Below the pieces are notes generated by a model that saw only the letters and a program-made list of their open reading frames with translations, was not told the origin of the DNA and made no database searches. Positions 51,601 to 64,000 of a stretch of 64,000 nt of DNA are shown here, one piece after another. The DNA comes from Enoplolaimus lenunculus (taxonomy: Eukaryota). The position numbers were made by a program, and so were the translations under genes. Every line of letters starts with the position of its first letter. The first letter of the stretch is position 1. The stretch is from the NCBI GenBank assembly GCA_030248215.1, contig JASANG010000627.1:434001-498000 (forward strand), given 5' to 3'.

Positions 51601-53005
51601 AAAACGCATACACGACGAGAATTATATTTGCATTTGATAATTTACGCTAAACCTGAACATTTCAATTTTATACCCATAACCGACTCTTTAACGTAATATT
51701 GAGCAATCAACATGAGCAGATGTCAATTGAAGCGTATTTGGTTGTTTAAATCCAAAAACGATTGGAGCTCGAATTAAAACTTCGGGTTTCAACACGAAAA
51801 AAACGAAATACAATAACAAGCATTCTGAGTTTTGCTGATTAATTTTTTGTTGAAAAGATAACATATATAAAATTTCTCAAAAACTGCACAACTTTTTGTC
51901 AACTAAAGGCTCAAAATAATACATCTTTAAAGAGCATAAAAGACTCGAGAAATCAGATCCTCAACCAGAGTGACGCATAACAAATATTTCTGTTGAAATT
52001 TCAAATTGAATCTGGCTTGTCGCTGTCTTGTACTTTCTCGCTCGTTTGGATCATGATATTTTGTATTAGGCCGTACCCAACGGGCGCTTACTCGGTCCGC
52101 AAAACGTTTAATGCCGAAAAAGAACAAAAAAGACTGGTTTGAGTTAACACGGAAGGTGACTCGGCTAATTTTGAATTTGTCTACCAGAGTATTGGATTGT
52201 TTTATTGGGCCTAGAAATTGCAATCGTATGACATAGGACATAGATGTTTAAAAGCAAGGTTGTATATAGGCAAAGGGACGCATACACTCGAAACATCTTC
52301 TTCTAACATTTCTGTGGAGAGAAGAAAAAAGCACTTTTAGCCGGCTTTAGAATAACGTGTAGTATGTTAGAAGTCAAGGCCACTGCATAAAACAAGGCCA
52401 CAAAAGTACTATAAGCATATTCCTTATCCTAAGCCTAAGCATAAGCCTAAGCCTAAACGTAAAAAAAAGCTGATACCTAAAGTATAAGCTTTAACCTGAA
52501 CCTAATCAAAAAAATTAGTCTAAAGCTTGAGCTTAATCTACTGCAACGCTAATTTAATATACATTCAGCTCCACGTCCAACGGTGACTTCAAAACCGACC
52601 AAACCGAAACCAGACAACTGCGTCGACACTGGACAGCATTGCAGTTACTGGAAAAACACTGGCGAATGTACGAAAAATCCTGCGTACATGAATATCAATT
52701 GTAAGCGTACATGCGGCAAATGTGATGGAAGCGGCGGCGGTGGGGGCAGTAAATCAAATTGCCGAGATACAGGACGATATTGTAGCGATTGGGCTCGCAA
52801 AGGAGAATGCACTCGAAATCCAGCGTATATGCGTGGATCGTGCAAGAAATCTTGCAATTTATGCGACGGTGGTGGAGAAACTGTAACCTCAAATTGTTTC
52901 AACACCGGCCAGTATTGCGCTGATTGGGCAGCGAAGGGTTATTGTACAACCACGTATCGCGATTATATGCGATTACACTGTAAACAGTCGTGCAAATTGT
53001 GTTAA
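45642..53005 (+). CDS. Astacin metalloprotease paralog C with 3 ShK domains
   Basis: Exons 45642-45692 (MNTRLIAALLVLFYLYQ), 47057-47351 or 47360 (donor ambiguous), 48278-48402, 49260-49359, 50192-50426, 51440-51576, 52569-53005; YEGDI, HEMMHAAGFFHEQSRADR, SVMHY, three ShK repeats. Confidence 0.92.
48555..49215. mobile_element. Helentron/DINE-1-like non-autonomous element: two ~175 bp tandem units, (GACGGACA)n microsatellite, short GC-rich terminal segment
   Basis: gctaatatgcaaatt units at 48555 and 48730; atcaaaatgggttcacccgttcctgagat core; microsatellite at ~49036-49131; gcttcgctc repeated at the end. Confidence 0.55.
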
Positions 53006-56000
53006 AGTTGAAAACTTGTTTTTTTTCTGTAGACTGGGTTCGTTTTCAAAATGCGATTTTTGTTTATCACCGAATATAGTTTTTATTCAAATATTTGAGT
53101 TTATTGCAATGTGGAGAAATCCTGTATTTTAAAAACGTAGACTTAACTTAATTTTAAACATATTCCTCGCTTGAAAATTTTCGATTCTGTCTGAGATCTC
53201 GTTTCAAGATAGGATTTCAACCCCGGTATCTACGGTACGCGGTGTCAGCTATAACAAGTAAGCTAAAGGAACTGGACGATCGACACATAGGGAACTTCAC
53301 AGTGTTGTGGATATACTAATTGGCAACTAATTATTTAGAAATCCGAACTCGACTGCCAGTTGAGTACGATGCAGTTACGGGTAATCAATTTCTTCGTTGT
53401 TTTTCACTGCGTATGTTTATTTTTTACCATTTTAAATTATCGAAATAAATCTTCAAATTTAAAATAGCAAAATTAACCAGAATTGTGGCCACAACCAACC
53501 ATACAGATTTATTTTAAGCAACACTGTTAAACAATAAACTCACGTTGATGGTGGTAATATACGCAAACGACAACAAAATGCAACCTTTGTTTTGGTGTAA
53601 AATAGAGCATTCCAAAAGCTGCTTATATTTCGCCGCTACACATTGACTTTTTAGGTTCAGCTTTAAATTGAAAACGTGCTTATATACGCAACATATCAAA
53701 GCCTAAAGTTATTACAAGTTCCTAGAAGCACAATATTTGTGCAAGAAATCCGACAAAAACACACAAATCTCAATTCGACTAAATATATTTATCTTGAACG
53801 TAGTTCAAACTTTTAGCAAAACAGGCTACCACGAACCAGCTAGAACGCCAAACCAATTTAGCGTCGGGTTTGTCTTTTGTTCTTTCTTGTCGTTGTTCAT
53901 ATCCATTTCCGGGAAAACACCAATCTACTTGCCGTATCATTGATTGAATAGCATACAGAAACATGGGTATTTTTCCGGTAGTTTGCCAATATTTCTTTCG
54001 GTTGCGGTTGCTTCTTTAGGTTGTACACATATCGGGTATACGGGTTCGTTGCTTATCATATACGCCGCTAGGTATATACTGAAGGGTCCTGATGCACCCC
54101 TGTCAAATTCTACGGTTCGTCCGATTCAGTGTTTATACATGCAGGTATATAGAGTAAAAATGGCTATGATCTCCTATCGTCATTTTTGCTCAATCGACTC
54201 ATTTGCATACAAAACACCCAATATTATGGCGGCTCTGCCTGGGGTGGTTATATTTGAACGTCCATAACTTATGGTGCGCGCCTGACTGTTTGTAACAGAA
54301 AAACAAAGTCTCAAACGCGGATGTGCAGTATATACAAGCTTTAAACTAAATAATAGTTTTGATTGGAAATGATGAATCGAGAACGTGAAATGTATCATTT
54401 ATGTGGAGTACATGCGAAACATACAAACTTTCTTTTCTCAAATTTCAAGACTTACATTGTCAAATTTTCAACAGTACAATTTTCAACTTCCTAAATTACT
54501 AGTTTTAAAAATTCCAAAATTTGCGACAGAAATGTTTAAAATGAATTTGTTTGCGTTCAAAAAATGAATATACGCAATTGTAAGAAACAAATTTCTTTCT
54601 AATTTTGATGCAGGTACGCTAGTTGTTCCGTCCACGTTCTTCAAAGTATTTCTAAATGCTAGAAATTTAAGCTTAATTTGGGTTGACTTATATACTGCTT
54701 CTTATAAAAGTTTACGTCTTGGACGTTGGTCGTGAAGTTGTTGCATTCAGTTAATTTTAAGCTTTTGAGATTTCAAATTAGCACCCGCTCTAAACCTTGG
54801 ATTCTAAAAAACTTGTGACCTAAAAATGAGCAAAACTGTATCGTGTATTTCAGACTTACCTATCTTGCAAAGTAGTGCCCTGAAGTGTAATCATTCAAGT
54901 TTGAAAAAATCACAACCATATTTCTGAAAAATTTAAAATTTGAAGTGTGGAATTAAAGTCCAATGGTTTTAGAAAATAACATGTATAACCGCGACAACGT
55001 CGAGGGAAACTGTAAGAAATTGTTTTTCACACGCCTCCCGTTCAGACGTGTTTCACTCATGCATCACGAACGAAAATTTACTAGATTTTGCGACTTTTTT
55101 GCTGTTGGTGGTCACTGTAGCAGCCATGGAGCTGAATGTAAGCAGATAAATTTTGTTGCCTCATCACAGATGCCAATTTTGTTCACGATTACCGTTTTAA
55201 CTGGTCGATTTAATTTTCCAGAAAAAACTTACCCCACTACTATAAAAAACTGTTGACCGAAGTTCCAGGCAATCTTTGTTACTAGAAAATTTGTCCCGTG
55301 TGCATGGACCTAATGGACGGCTCAGGTATAGAAGACGTCCGCTAAACTCCAGGCGCATACAGCTGGCAGTCCAAGATACGCAAAATTGGTTCATACATTT
55401 CAAAATTGTAAAATACTGCGCGTTAAACCGGCAATTTTTTCAAGCTCCGCTACAAATTTTTCAAAAAGCCTCAGCGACATGTTTACTAGTGCATTGGTAG
55501 TCTCATATCTACGTCAACATTATCTCAAGTTTTTGTTCTGCTCGCTGGCTCATTGCCAGAAGTGGCTTGAAAATTTTTTGTCTCTGATATAAGTTTCAAC
55601 CTCGCTCGTAGGTCAAGCACCGTGAATCATTGAATGCTCCTCCTTAAAAGTTGTTGCACCTCCTGCAAGCTAAAAACGTTCAAGCATGTTAAGCTGGGTA
55701 CAGGCGGCCTATTCGGTGAAAACCATGTACTTTATTGCACGTACACTATTTGAGCTAAGTTGCTCATAGTATACTCTTCGCACGAGAAAGGGTTAACAAA
55801 TATTGCACCCTAAATTTCCATCCGTGTTGTTCCTCTGAAGAGTACAATGAATCCGGTTCGTTCGTCAACAATCTGGTCGCACGATTGTGTGTTTTTCGAA
55901 GCAGTTTCTCAAATTCACAGAACGAAATGCAATTTAAAAGATTTTAAACGAAACTTTTCCAATCTAATCAAGGTCGGAAGAAAGACGGCCATCAAATCAA

Positions 56001-56335
56001 AACTGACATGCAAAAAAGTTGCGTTGCAAAACAACCTAATCAGTTCAGGTTTCGCTTGCTCGCATTTGTCAAAACTTGCGCATTCTTTTTGAACTTTCAA
56101 TTTAAACTTTGTTGTCTTCAAGCAAAAACAAGTGCTTGTTTACTAATACCAACTTATACCTACGCTAGATAGTTAAGGTTGATAGAAAGCAAATATACTA
56201 CTACCTTACTAGATATGATTTTCTTAAAACCGTAAGATAAAACCAACCCAACGCCTAAGCCTGACCCTAGGTCAATTTTATTATTTCAGTCATAGGGGAA
56301 GTTTTTGTTAGGAAAATAATTAAGTATCTGCAAAC

Positions 56336-56695
56336 CAGGGTACAACCGGAGGTCTGCGTCCTGCTCCGGCTCCGGTAGAATTTTTGCCGGAGGTTCCGGA
56401 AATTTCGGTAGTAAAATTTTTGCATAATTTTGCAAAATTTATCTGTTTAGCGCGTTTCGTTTTACTTTTGTCACAAGTTCTACGAAGAATTTTCAAAATT
56501 TCGCAGAAAATTATCGTAAAACCAAACAACTTAACAACACATTTCAGATATTGTCTAAAATTAACTAATTAACCATCATTTTTACTACCTATAATTTTGC
56601 CTCACCTCCGACTTTCGGCTTCCGCTCCGGCAAATTTCGTTTGACCTCGGGCTCCGGCTCCTGCTCCCATATTTTTCACCTCCGGTTGCACCCTG
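56336..56695. mobile_element. hAT-like MITE
   Basis: CAGGGTACAACCGGAGGT / ACCTCCGGTTGCACCCTG TIRs; perfect 8-bp TSD ctgcaaac (56328-56335, 56696-56703). Confidence 0.9.
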
Positions 56696-57074
56696 CTGCA
56701 AACGTACACGTGTAAATGAAAAAAAAACAAACTATTTCAGATATAAAAGGCTTGTGCTTTGAAATTTTATATATTCCTTTGATCAAATTTCACATCTATT
56801 TTAACGCGGCATATTTGGTTCGGTACTCAAATAAAAATATCTGCGAAGTATTTAGAAAATACTGTTTGAAAAAACGGCAGCCTATTTTCTGAAATTTAAA
56901 ATAATTTTCCTCAAAATATTCTGGAAAGTTTTCATAAATGTAGAAACAACGTTAATTTGGGTTACATAAATTTCGCAAATATCAACATTTTAACTATGCC
57001 TGTCAGAAATGAAAAGCCAATTTACAGAATTGATTTCCTGTAATTTGTTTTACAATTTTATGTAAACCGAACAA

Positions 57075-60000
57075 ATGTATATGTATAACAACAGCGTCAC
57101 CCAACCGATGATTCCACACTACGCACCAGTAAAATTGTCACTAACGCCAGCATCAAAACCACAAGATTACGAAATTACACTGTTGCTAGAACTTCATTCT
57201 GCCGGAGCGACAAAATATCTCCATCAACTCTTGCAATTCTATCGCACGCGAAACAATAGTGCAGTTGAACTGCCGTTTAAACCAGAGTTTGTTTCAATTC
57301 GTTCTACGATTATAGGTTGTTTTGGTTTAATTTCACTGCTGGGTATATTTTTGAACGTAACATGCTTGGATCACGTCATCAGAGGCAGTCGTTGCCACGT
57401 TCGGGTGTACTTGGTAGCGCTGGTCTGTGTAAATCTGATCGGTAACGTACTTGTAGTTCCGTTTTCAGTAATCACTGCAATATTGTTGCCGTGGGTATTT
57501 GGCGAAACGTTATGTTACGTTGTGCCTGTTTTACAAGTAAGTTCCGTGTTTTGACGCGTTTTGATCGTGGCAGGGGCGACGGGTGCAGCGGAGCGAAGGG
57601 GCAACACAACATTGCCATACTAGTTTTTGAATAATGGGATTTTACTCTGCTATTTTTTGATCGCAATTTTGCAAATGAAAATGCACTTGGCCCATGTATA
57701 TAATTGGGCCGGAAAAGTAGTGCAAGCATATTCCTAAGCCTTGTCCTAAACCTAACCTAAGTGTAAACGTAAGGATGAGCCTAAGCCTAAGCAAAAAAGT
57801 TGGTCTAGTCACTACAGTATTCTGAAAAAAATTTACACAAAATTACATGTACCACAAGCGATCTCGCTTCGCTCGCAAGATTTTCTGGGCTACCCAACTA
57901 CAAAATTTTGGCTGGCATGAGTCATAATTAAGTATATTTCGGCTATCCAGAGGGATTCCTCTCTATTATTCGGATGAGTATTAGTTATTTTTCAATCCAC
58001 CTTCAATTATTTGTACCAGTTAACTTTAACTTATGCCAGCCATTTTCTACGGTTTTCGTTCATTATATACTTTAGGAATATACTTTTAAGACTTTATGCT
58101 ACTACAAATACAGATAACATTACACTTTGAGTAATGAATCAAATTCTGCACTGAAGTTAAATTAAGTCCAAAAAGCATTGTTTATGGTCTAAAATTAGTG
58201 ATTTTTGATCGTATATATTTACTGACTTCTAAAGAAATAGACTCATTTTGATTCAGACTCAAAATCGAGACCACAGACTGTTATTACCCACCTTTTATTC
58301 GGGTTGCTACAGTAGTGTGCGTTCGGCTTTTAGCGTGCGGCTTTCGTAGATTAGATCACGTTATCTGCATAATAAATCCGGCTTTTTGCTACTCGATTCT
58401 GCGAAATCCGGTTTTTTCAGTTTTCGGTTCGAGAATCCTCAATATTTTTGCAAGAATTAAAGCCAACTTGAAGAAACTGCTTCCAATGATCCTATCGTAT
58501 GGTGCATGAAATGTTTTTAAAATACCTGAACGATAGTTTTACTTTGTGGGCAAATTTATTATTTTGTTTTCCAACAACATCACACTTATTACTTAAATGT
58601 ATCATATATCTCATTTGAGATTTGATGTATAACTCGCTCTGTGTCAAGTCCACGGCTTTGATTTTTTCAAATTCTACTACGATAACTGGCAGGAAGGAAA
58701 CTATTTTAAAATTGAACTGAATCAAAAAAATATGATATATAAGATTTTAGGCCGAAACTCGATATGTTCCAATATTGCTTTCACTAGTGATCCTAGTTCA
58801 CTCTGCTGTTCCCAAGCTCAAAACTACATTTACCGTCTGGCATCACGGTTTTGTGTTGTTGACAACTTTTCTGTTTCCTCTCTGCGCCGCGTTTCCAGAT
58901 ATTTCGCGAACTCAGTTTGTCGATCTTTCATTGTGGGAACAAAGCTTGCACAAAGTTTGGCTGTGTTGGCGACTAATCACTAAAAGCATGTATTTTCTGT
59001 ATTCTTATAATACTTGCAAACTTTATTTGGTTTCATTAATATATAAATACAACAATAACAAAGTAATAGAAGTAATTTGAGTTTGATAAAGCTGTTTCTT
59101 CGACACGAAAACCGATTTTAGAAACTTTTAGTTCTTGCTTTTGTAATGCTTCAATACATCATCATAGTTAATTTAAAAATTGTTTAAAATTTTTGAATTG
59201 AAGCCAACAACTACGTTGTATTAATACTTTTATGGTTTTGTCACATCCAATGAAAGGTATATATGTGTATGTATACCGTTTCAGATTCCAAACGCTATCA
59301 GGGTATTATACTGATTTCTATGTACATACTGCCAGCAATAATAGCACTGCTGGTAGAATTTCGACAACAAAGCTTTAGAATATGTCTTTTTGCGGCCGCG
59401 TATACCCGAAAAAGGTCTACGAACGAGTCAGTAATCAACAAACGAAATGCCGATATTAATGAAAAACGGTAAACATTTGTCGCAGGAGGTTATCGCAGCA
59501 CAGGGTTGTTCACCGGAATAAAATACCGGAAAAAATGGCTTTTTCATTTTTTTCTATTTTTTCCAAGGGGGTGGAAAAAATGAAAAAATAAACATTCCTT
59601 AAATATAACCTGCAATTTGATATAAAGTAGCGTTATTTAGATGGGATTCAACCAATTTACATGCAGGGGACTGCAATGACAGTGCAATTCTCCGTGTGTC
59701 CACCATAACTCAGTATATGTCCGAAAAGAGCGAAAATTATACCGTATGAATATATAAATAAATTTTTTAATTGAAAATTTGCCATAATTACGTCTGGCAT
59801 CTCGCCCGTTTCGCTCACCAAGTTCATCGACCGGTGAAGCCAAAGTTACTGCGTCCAAAATCGAAAGTTTATCCTTACCGTATGATTTACGCAAAAAGTG
59901 CGTGGTCAAATCTCAGCTTTGACGCCTTTATTCTTATCTGTCCAACGTCTCATGTTACACCGGAACATCGGTCTGGAATTTACTATATATTTTATAGTTC

Positions 60001-61350
60001 AGTATGTTACTATATATTTCCCACTTGCTAAAATTTTTACATTGCGAGAATAGTGAACCAACCCGAGGCTTTTCAATAACAGAAACCAAAATTGACACCG
60101 ATTTTTACCAAAAAAACGTATGTTCAGGCACACCCTGATTTCAACACTTCTATTAAAATTTCTGTTCACAAATTTCAGAATAGTTTCCGGGACAGAAAAC
60201 ACACTTCAACATCCATTAACAGCCGCAAGTTCAATCAGGCACCAGTATTCCGTTTGCAATAGTGCGAAAACAACACAGTTGGTTAAATCAGCATCCGAAG
60301 CGGATACATTGAGGCTCAAAGCAGTATTCTACCTTCAATTACTGTTGCCCCTGCCGATTGAAATTGCATCAAGTTGCAATCAGAACAGATTCAACCAGGT
60401 CAGATTGGTTGAGGTTGGATTATACAATACCGTATATATCACTTCAAACAGTAGCGATGCGAATTGTTGATCTAAAGCTCACAATATGTTTCTCGACTAA
60501 AAATAACGAACAAATTCAGCATGAAATGAAAAAATTAAAAATAGGCGTCATCAGCGCCAAATATAAATTTTGAAACTATCGTAACGTTCGCTGAGCGCGA
60601 TTCGCAACCTATAATTTCGGCAATACACAGATCAGGGGTGGAACGTTTTTCTGCAGGACAGCAAGACAGCAAGCGTAAGCTTTAAACTATTTTTCAATTA
60701 GGTTTTCGTATAACTTCATTCTCAAGCTTAGGCTTTAGACTTAGGCTTCGATATTTTCAAAAACAATAAGTATATAAATTCTAAATGCAAATCGTGTAAC
60801 TCAGCGGGCGCTCTCTAGTATCTTGTTTTATGCTTGCTGTTACTATACAGACCGCGTTCACCAACTTGCGACAGCAACCAAGTCGCTCCAAAGAATACCC
60901 AACAAACCGAACCAAGCAATTGTTTGTGCTTTTATTATTAAATAATTTGATTAGAATATTTTGCAGGTAACAACATCAACTACTCATCAAACAATTTTAG
61001 TGCTCGCATGGATATCGTATCTTCCGACCATAATCACTCCAGTTTTAATTCTATTTTCAAAAATTGCAAAACGCAAACGACGCACGAGAACGCATCCTGG
61101 TGTAGAATGTCTCGAGTTGGCCAATTCTGACAGCGCTGATGACATTAATAATTTATGCAGCAGTGAATTGCATTGTACGAAATCTAACTTCAAGCCAAAT
61201 AATGAGTGTTCCGATGAACATATAAAGCAGGTAACGAATAAATTCAACAATAACGACGTTTGCAGCCGAGAGAAACAACCGAAAATTGATCAACGAGAGT
61301 GCTGTAATTGTGAAGCGTCTACTAATTTATGGGCAGTTACAAATATATAA
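57075..61350 (+). CDS. Divergent rhodopsin-like (class A) neuropeptide-type GPCR
   Basis: Proposed exons 57075-57536 (TM1-TM3 start, PWVFGETLCYVVPVLQ), 58751-58985, 59285-59468 (TM5, MYILP), 59641-59712, 60179-60398, 60967-61350 (TM7-like WISYLPTIITPVL). The first exon is clear; the internal junctions are less certain and one needs a GC donor. Confidence 0.75.
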
Positions 61351-61645
61351 ATATTTAAATACAAATAGCGATATTCACTGTTTTAGATTAGTTCAATTTT
61401 CGTTAACCCAAAAACTAACATGGCGAATGCATGACTGCTAGAAGGCTAAACTTTAGCGTAAAGATGAATTCAAATTAATGAATGATGCATTTACATAAAA
61501 TAATTAAAGTCGCTGGCGACGTATGATTTTAACAAACTGTCAAAAATATAATTGCGCCTCTAATGAATGATATCGCTCTAAAATTTCACACCTCACGAGT
61601 TGTTTCATGCAAACTTTAGGTAGAAAAATAATTCATTAATAAATC

Positions 61646-61839
61646 GGCCTATGTTAATTTAAGGGGTGTCCAGGTTTCTGGTGGGTCCATAAAAGAGTAC
61701 TTAGGTTTAGATTCTAGATTATATTTTTTGCTTAGGCTTAGGTTTACGCTTAGGAACACATTTTTGCAACGCTTAGGCTTAGGCTTAGGCTTAGGAATAC
61801 GCGTAACCTACTGTTACGCCCCTTAAAGTAACACTGGCC
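61646..61839. mobile_element. Telomeric-repeat MITE, Merlin-like (TTAGGC on + strand)
   Basis: GGCCTATGTTAATTTAAGGGGTGT / ACGCCCCTTAAAGTAACACTGGCC TIRs; perfect 8-bp TSD aataaatc (61638-61645, 61840-61847). Confidence 0.9.
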
Positions 61840-61919
61840 AATAAATCTGACTAACAGTGTTATCGATATGCATACAATGTTTAATTTTAACATGTCGACG
61901 ACTTTTCGTCTGTGCCAGG

Positions 61920-63481
61920 CTATCTGCCACTTTCCGGACGCTGAGTTTCTCCTTCGAACCATTCACGAGCGGCTGAAAATCGTTGTTAACAATTCGTTTA
62001 TAACATTGAAAAACTACGAAAACACCAAAATTTTGGCTTTTGTAAACTTCCGTCATACTTTTCCAACTTTTCAGATACTGTCTGTTTTATCTTCAACTTA
62101 GGCATAGTTTTACGCTTCGAAGGAGGCTTAGGCTAAGGTTGGACATTAAGCTCAAGCTGAACATTTCGTAGGATTTAGCTAGCGCGTAAAATGTACAAGT
62201 ACTGAAATTTCTTATGCTGTCATTCCAATTTGTTGTGTTATAAAGCATAAAAAATAATATGTAATTATTTTATCTTAATAAGTTGTCGAAGACAAGTTAA
62301 TGTCCCGTGACATTATAAACTAAAGCTTCAATAACGTTTTGGAAGGTTACCTGAAGCAGTTGTAAAACAGACTTATCCTTCAAATAATTGATTAAAATAC
62401 TTTAACTATTTGCACAGTTGACAAATTTGTGGGTTTTGTGTGTCCAGTTCTGTTGTACACTTTGCTTCCCTCCAGGCCCAGGGCTTGGCTCAGGCTTAGG
62501 CTTATGTTTTGGAAAAAGGTATGCCTTAACCTTAAATACCGGAGAAAGCGTACAAGAGCCTGTGTTCTGAGTAAAACTAACATTTGAACGGAGGTGTTTC
62601 GGGTACTCGTGGTGTTTCTTCAATCGATGATTGAGTTGGTGTTTCTGGCAATTTGGCGAGCGTAGAACGCTTTCGCGTACGTTCTGGTGTGACTTCAGTT
62701 CGACGCCATGGGAACTCACTCGTGTCGCCTTGCTCAGGTGAATCGGGTTCTTGTTTAGATGTCACAGGCTTTTGAATGTCTGCGGAAATTTAAATTATTG
62801 AGTTCGTTTCGCGGTGTGAAACTTTATAGTTGTGTACTGGTTTCTGCGTTGATATGTAGTGTTAAATTTATAGTAAAAGTCTTAAAAGCAATAGAACTCA
62901 TTAGAGGTTTCTGATTTTATAGCAATTTCGTTTATCGTTTGAGCAGTTTCTTTAATAGCTTTTATTATTGTAGCGTTATTCACATTACGAGTTTAATGTT
63001 GAAATTACAGAATTTACCCTCATGACACTTGCGAGCGACAACTATGAGTCCTCACAATGTAAACAACGCAATTATAGTTTGTATGTTGAAAGTCGGATCG
63101 TGTGAAAAATAAAACGCTATTTAAATGCTTTTCGGATTTCAAACAGCCTCGTGTCAAAACACTTTTTTTGTTAACGGAACAGTACAATAATTCGTGTAGT
63201 ATAGGAAAACGTTTGTGCTAGTTGTCAAAGTGGTACAGTTAACATTAATATAAACGGTTTTTTCACAACCCAAAAAGTGTTCTGTATTATTTTGACGTAA
63301 TTCCTAAATATATCTAATATAGCACGTAATTTTTGGCATATACTCTATCCCAATCTCTTAGTTTTCGGTTAAAACGCACCTTCCGTGTCTTCTGATTTCG
63401 CTTCGAACATTATAAAATCGGCGGTATCAGGTTTGGGTTGCGAGTCAACAGAGCGATGAGATTCGGGCGATTCACTTGCTT
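61920..63481 (-). CDS. Probable 3' exons of an unidentified gene (Ser/Thr/Pro/Glu-rich, likely disordered) that begins beyond the window
   Basis: Three phase-1-compatible GT-AG exons: 63380-63481 (ASESPESHRS..), 62582-62779 (IQKPVTSKQEPDSP..ETPPFK), 61920-61972 (AREWFEGETQRPESGR*). Confidence 0.5.
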
Positions 63482-64000
63482 CTGTTATCAAGACACAAAC
63501 AGACATGTTATTAACGTTAAAACTTTAGCCCTTGTATGCATATTGGTCTTACATTTAACGCCACGCTTATGCATACATACAGCTAACGACTTAGGCAAAT
63601 GTTTGGCCTTGAACTAACAATCGTGTACCCCATTGCCGAAACCTAAGCCTAATTGAGCCTAAGAATAACCAGTGATGGGGAAGTGTACTGGGACCAAACG
63701 TTTTTCAATTTCTGAAACCTTTATGCGTTTCTAGACAACTACAGCACCGCAATGGCAAATTATCAGCGCCTAAGTAAGACTTGCCGTAAAATTACTTTCA
63801 CAAACATGGATACGTATTTAACAATTCTCGCACTGTGTAACAGTAGGTGTCAATTTAGCTATGAAAATTTTTCCAAATTCATGCAAAGAATTAAAATTTG
63901 ACCACGGAATCGTTTCAAAATACTAAAAACCCTTTCTCGTGTTTAGAAAAATATACTAATACATTGAGATCAAGTAGCGTTTTGACAAACGATGAAAAGC

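Overview
This is AT-rich, intron-rich animal DNA, most likely nematode (TTAGGC repeats, TTTCAG acceptors, astacin-ShK and Kunitz/WR1 genes). I assembled the genes by hand from exons with consistent intron phases. They are: a partial Kunitz/Lustrin-cysteine (WR1) gene (-, running off the window start); a complete 9-exon TRAP-alpha/SSR1 gene (-, 13141-19124); three paralogous astacin metalloproteases with C-terminal ShK domains (two on -, one on +, the last two head-to-head); a divergent class-A peptide-type GPCR (+, 57075-61350); and probable 3' exons of an unidentified gene at the right end. Introns and intergenic DNA are dense with transposon relics: RTE and other LINE fragments, a CACTA/EnSpm-like relic gene, a Gypsy/Ginger-type integrase relic, and hAT-, pogo-, piggyBac- and Helentron-like non-autonomous elements. 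The most striking signal is a family of about 15-18 dispersed ~160-250 bp MITEs. They have GG-terminated TIRs and 8-bp TSDs (Merlin-like) and carry an internal cassette of nematode telomeric repeats (GCCTAA/TTAGGC)n that is kept across at least three TIR subfamilies. No CRISPR, rRNA or intact tRNA was found. Family assignments come from motif recognition, not from database searches.
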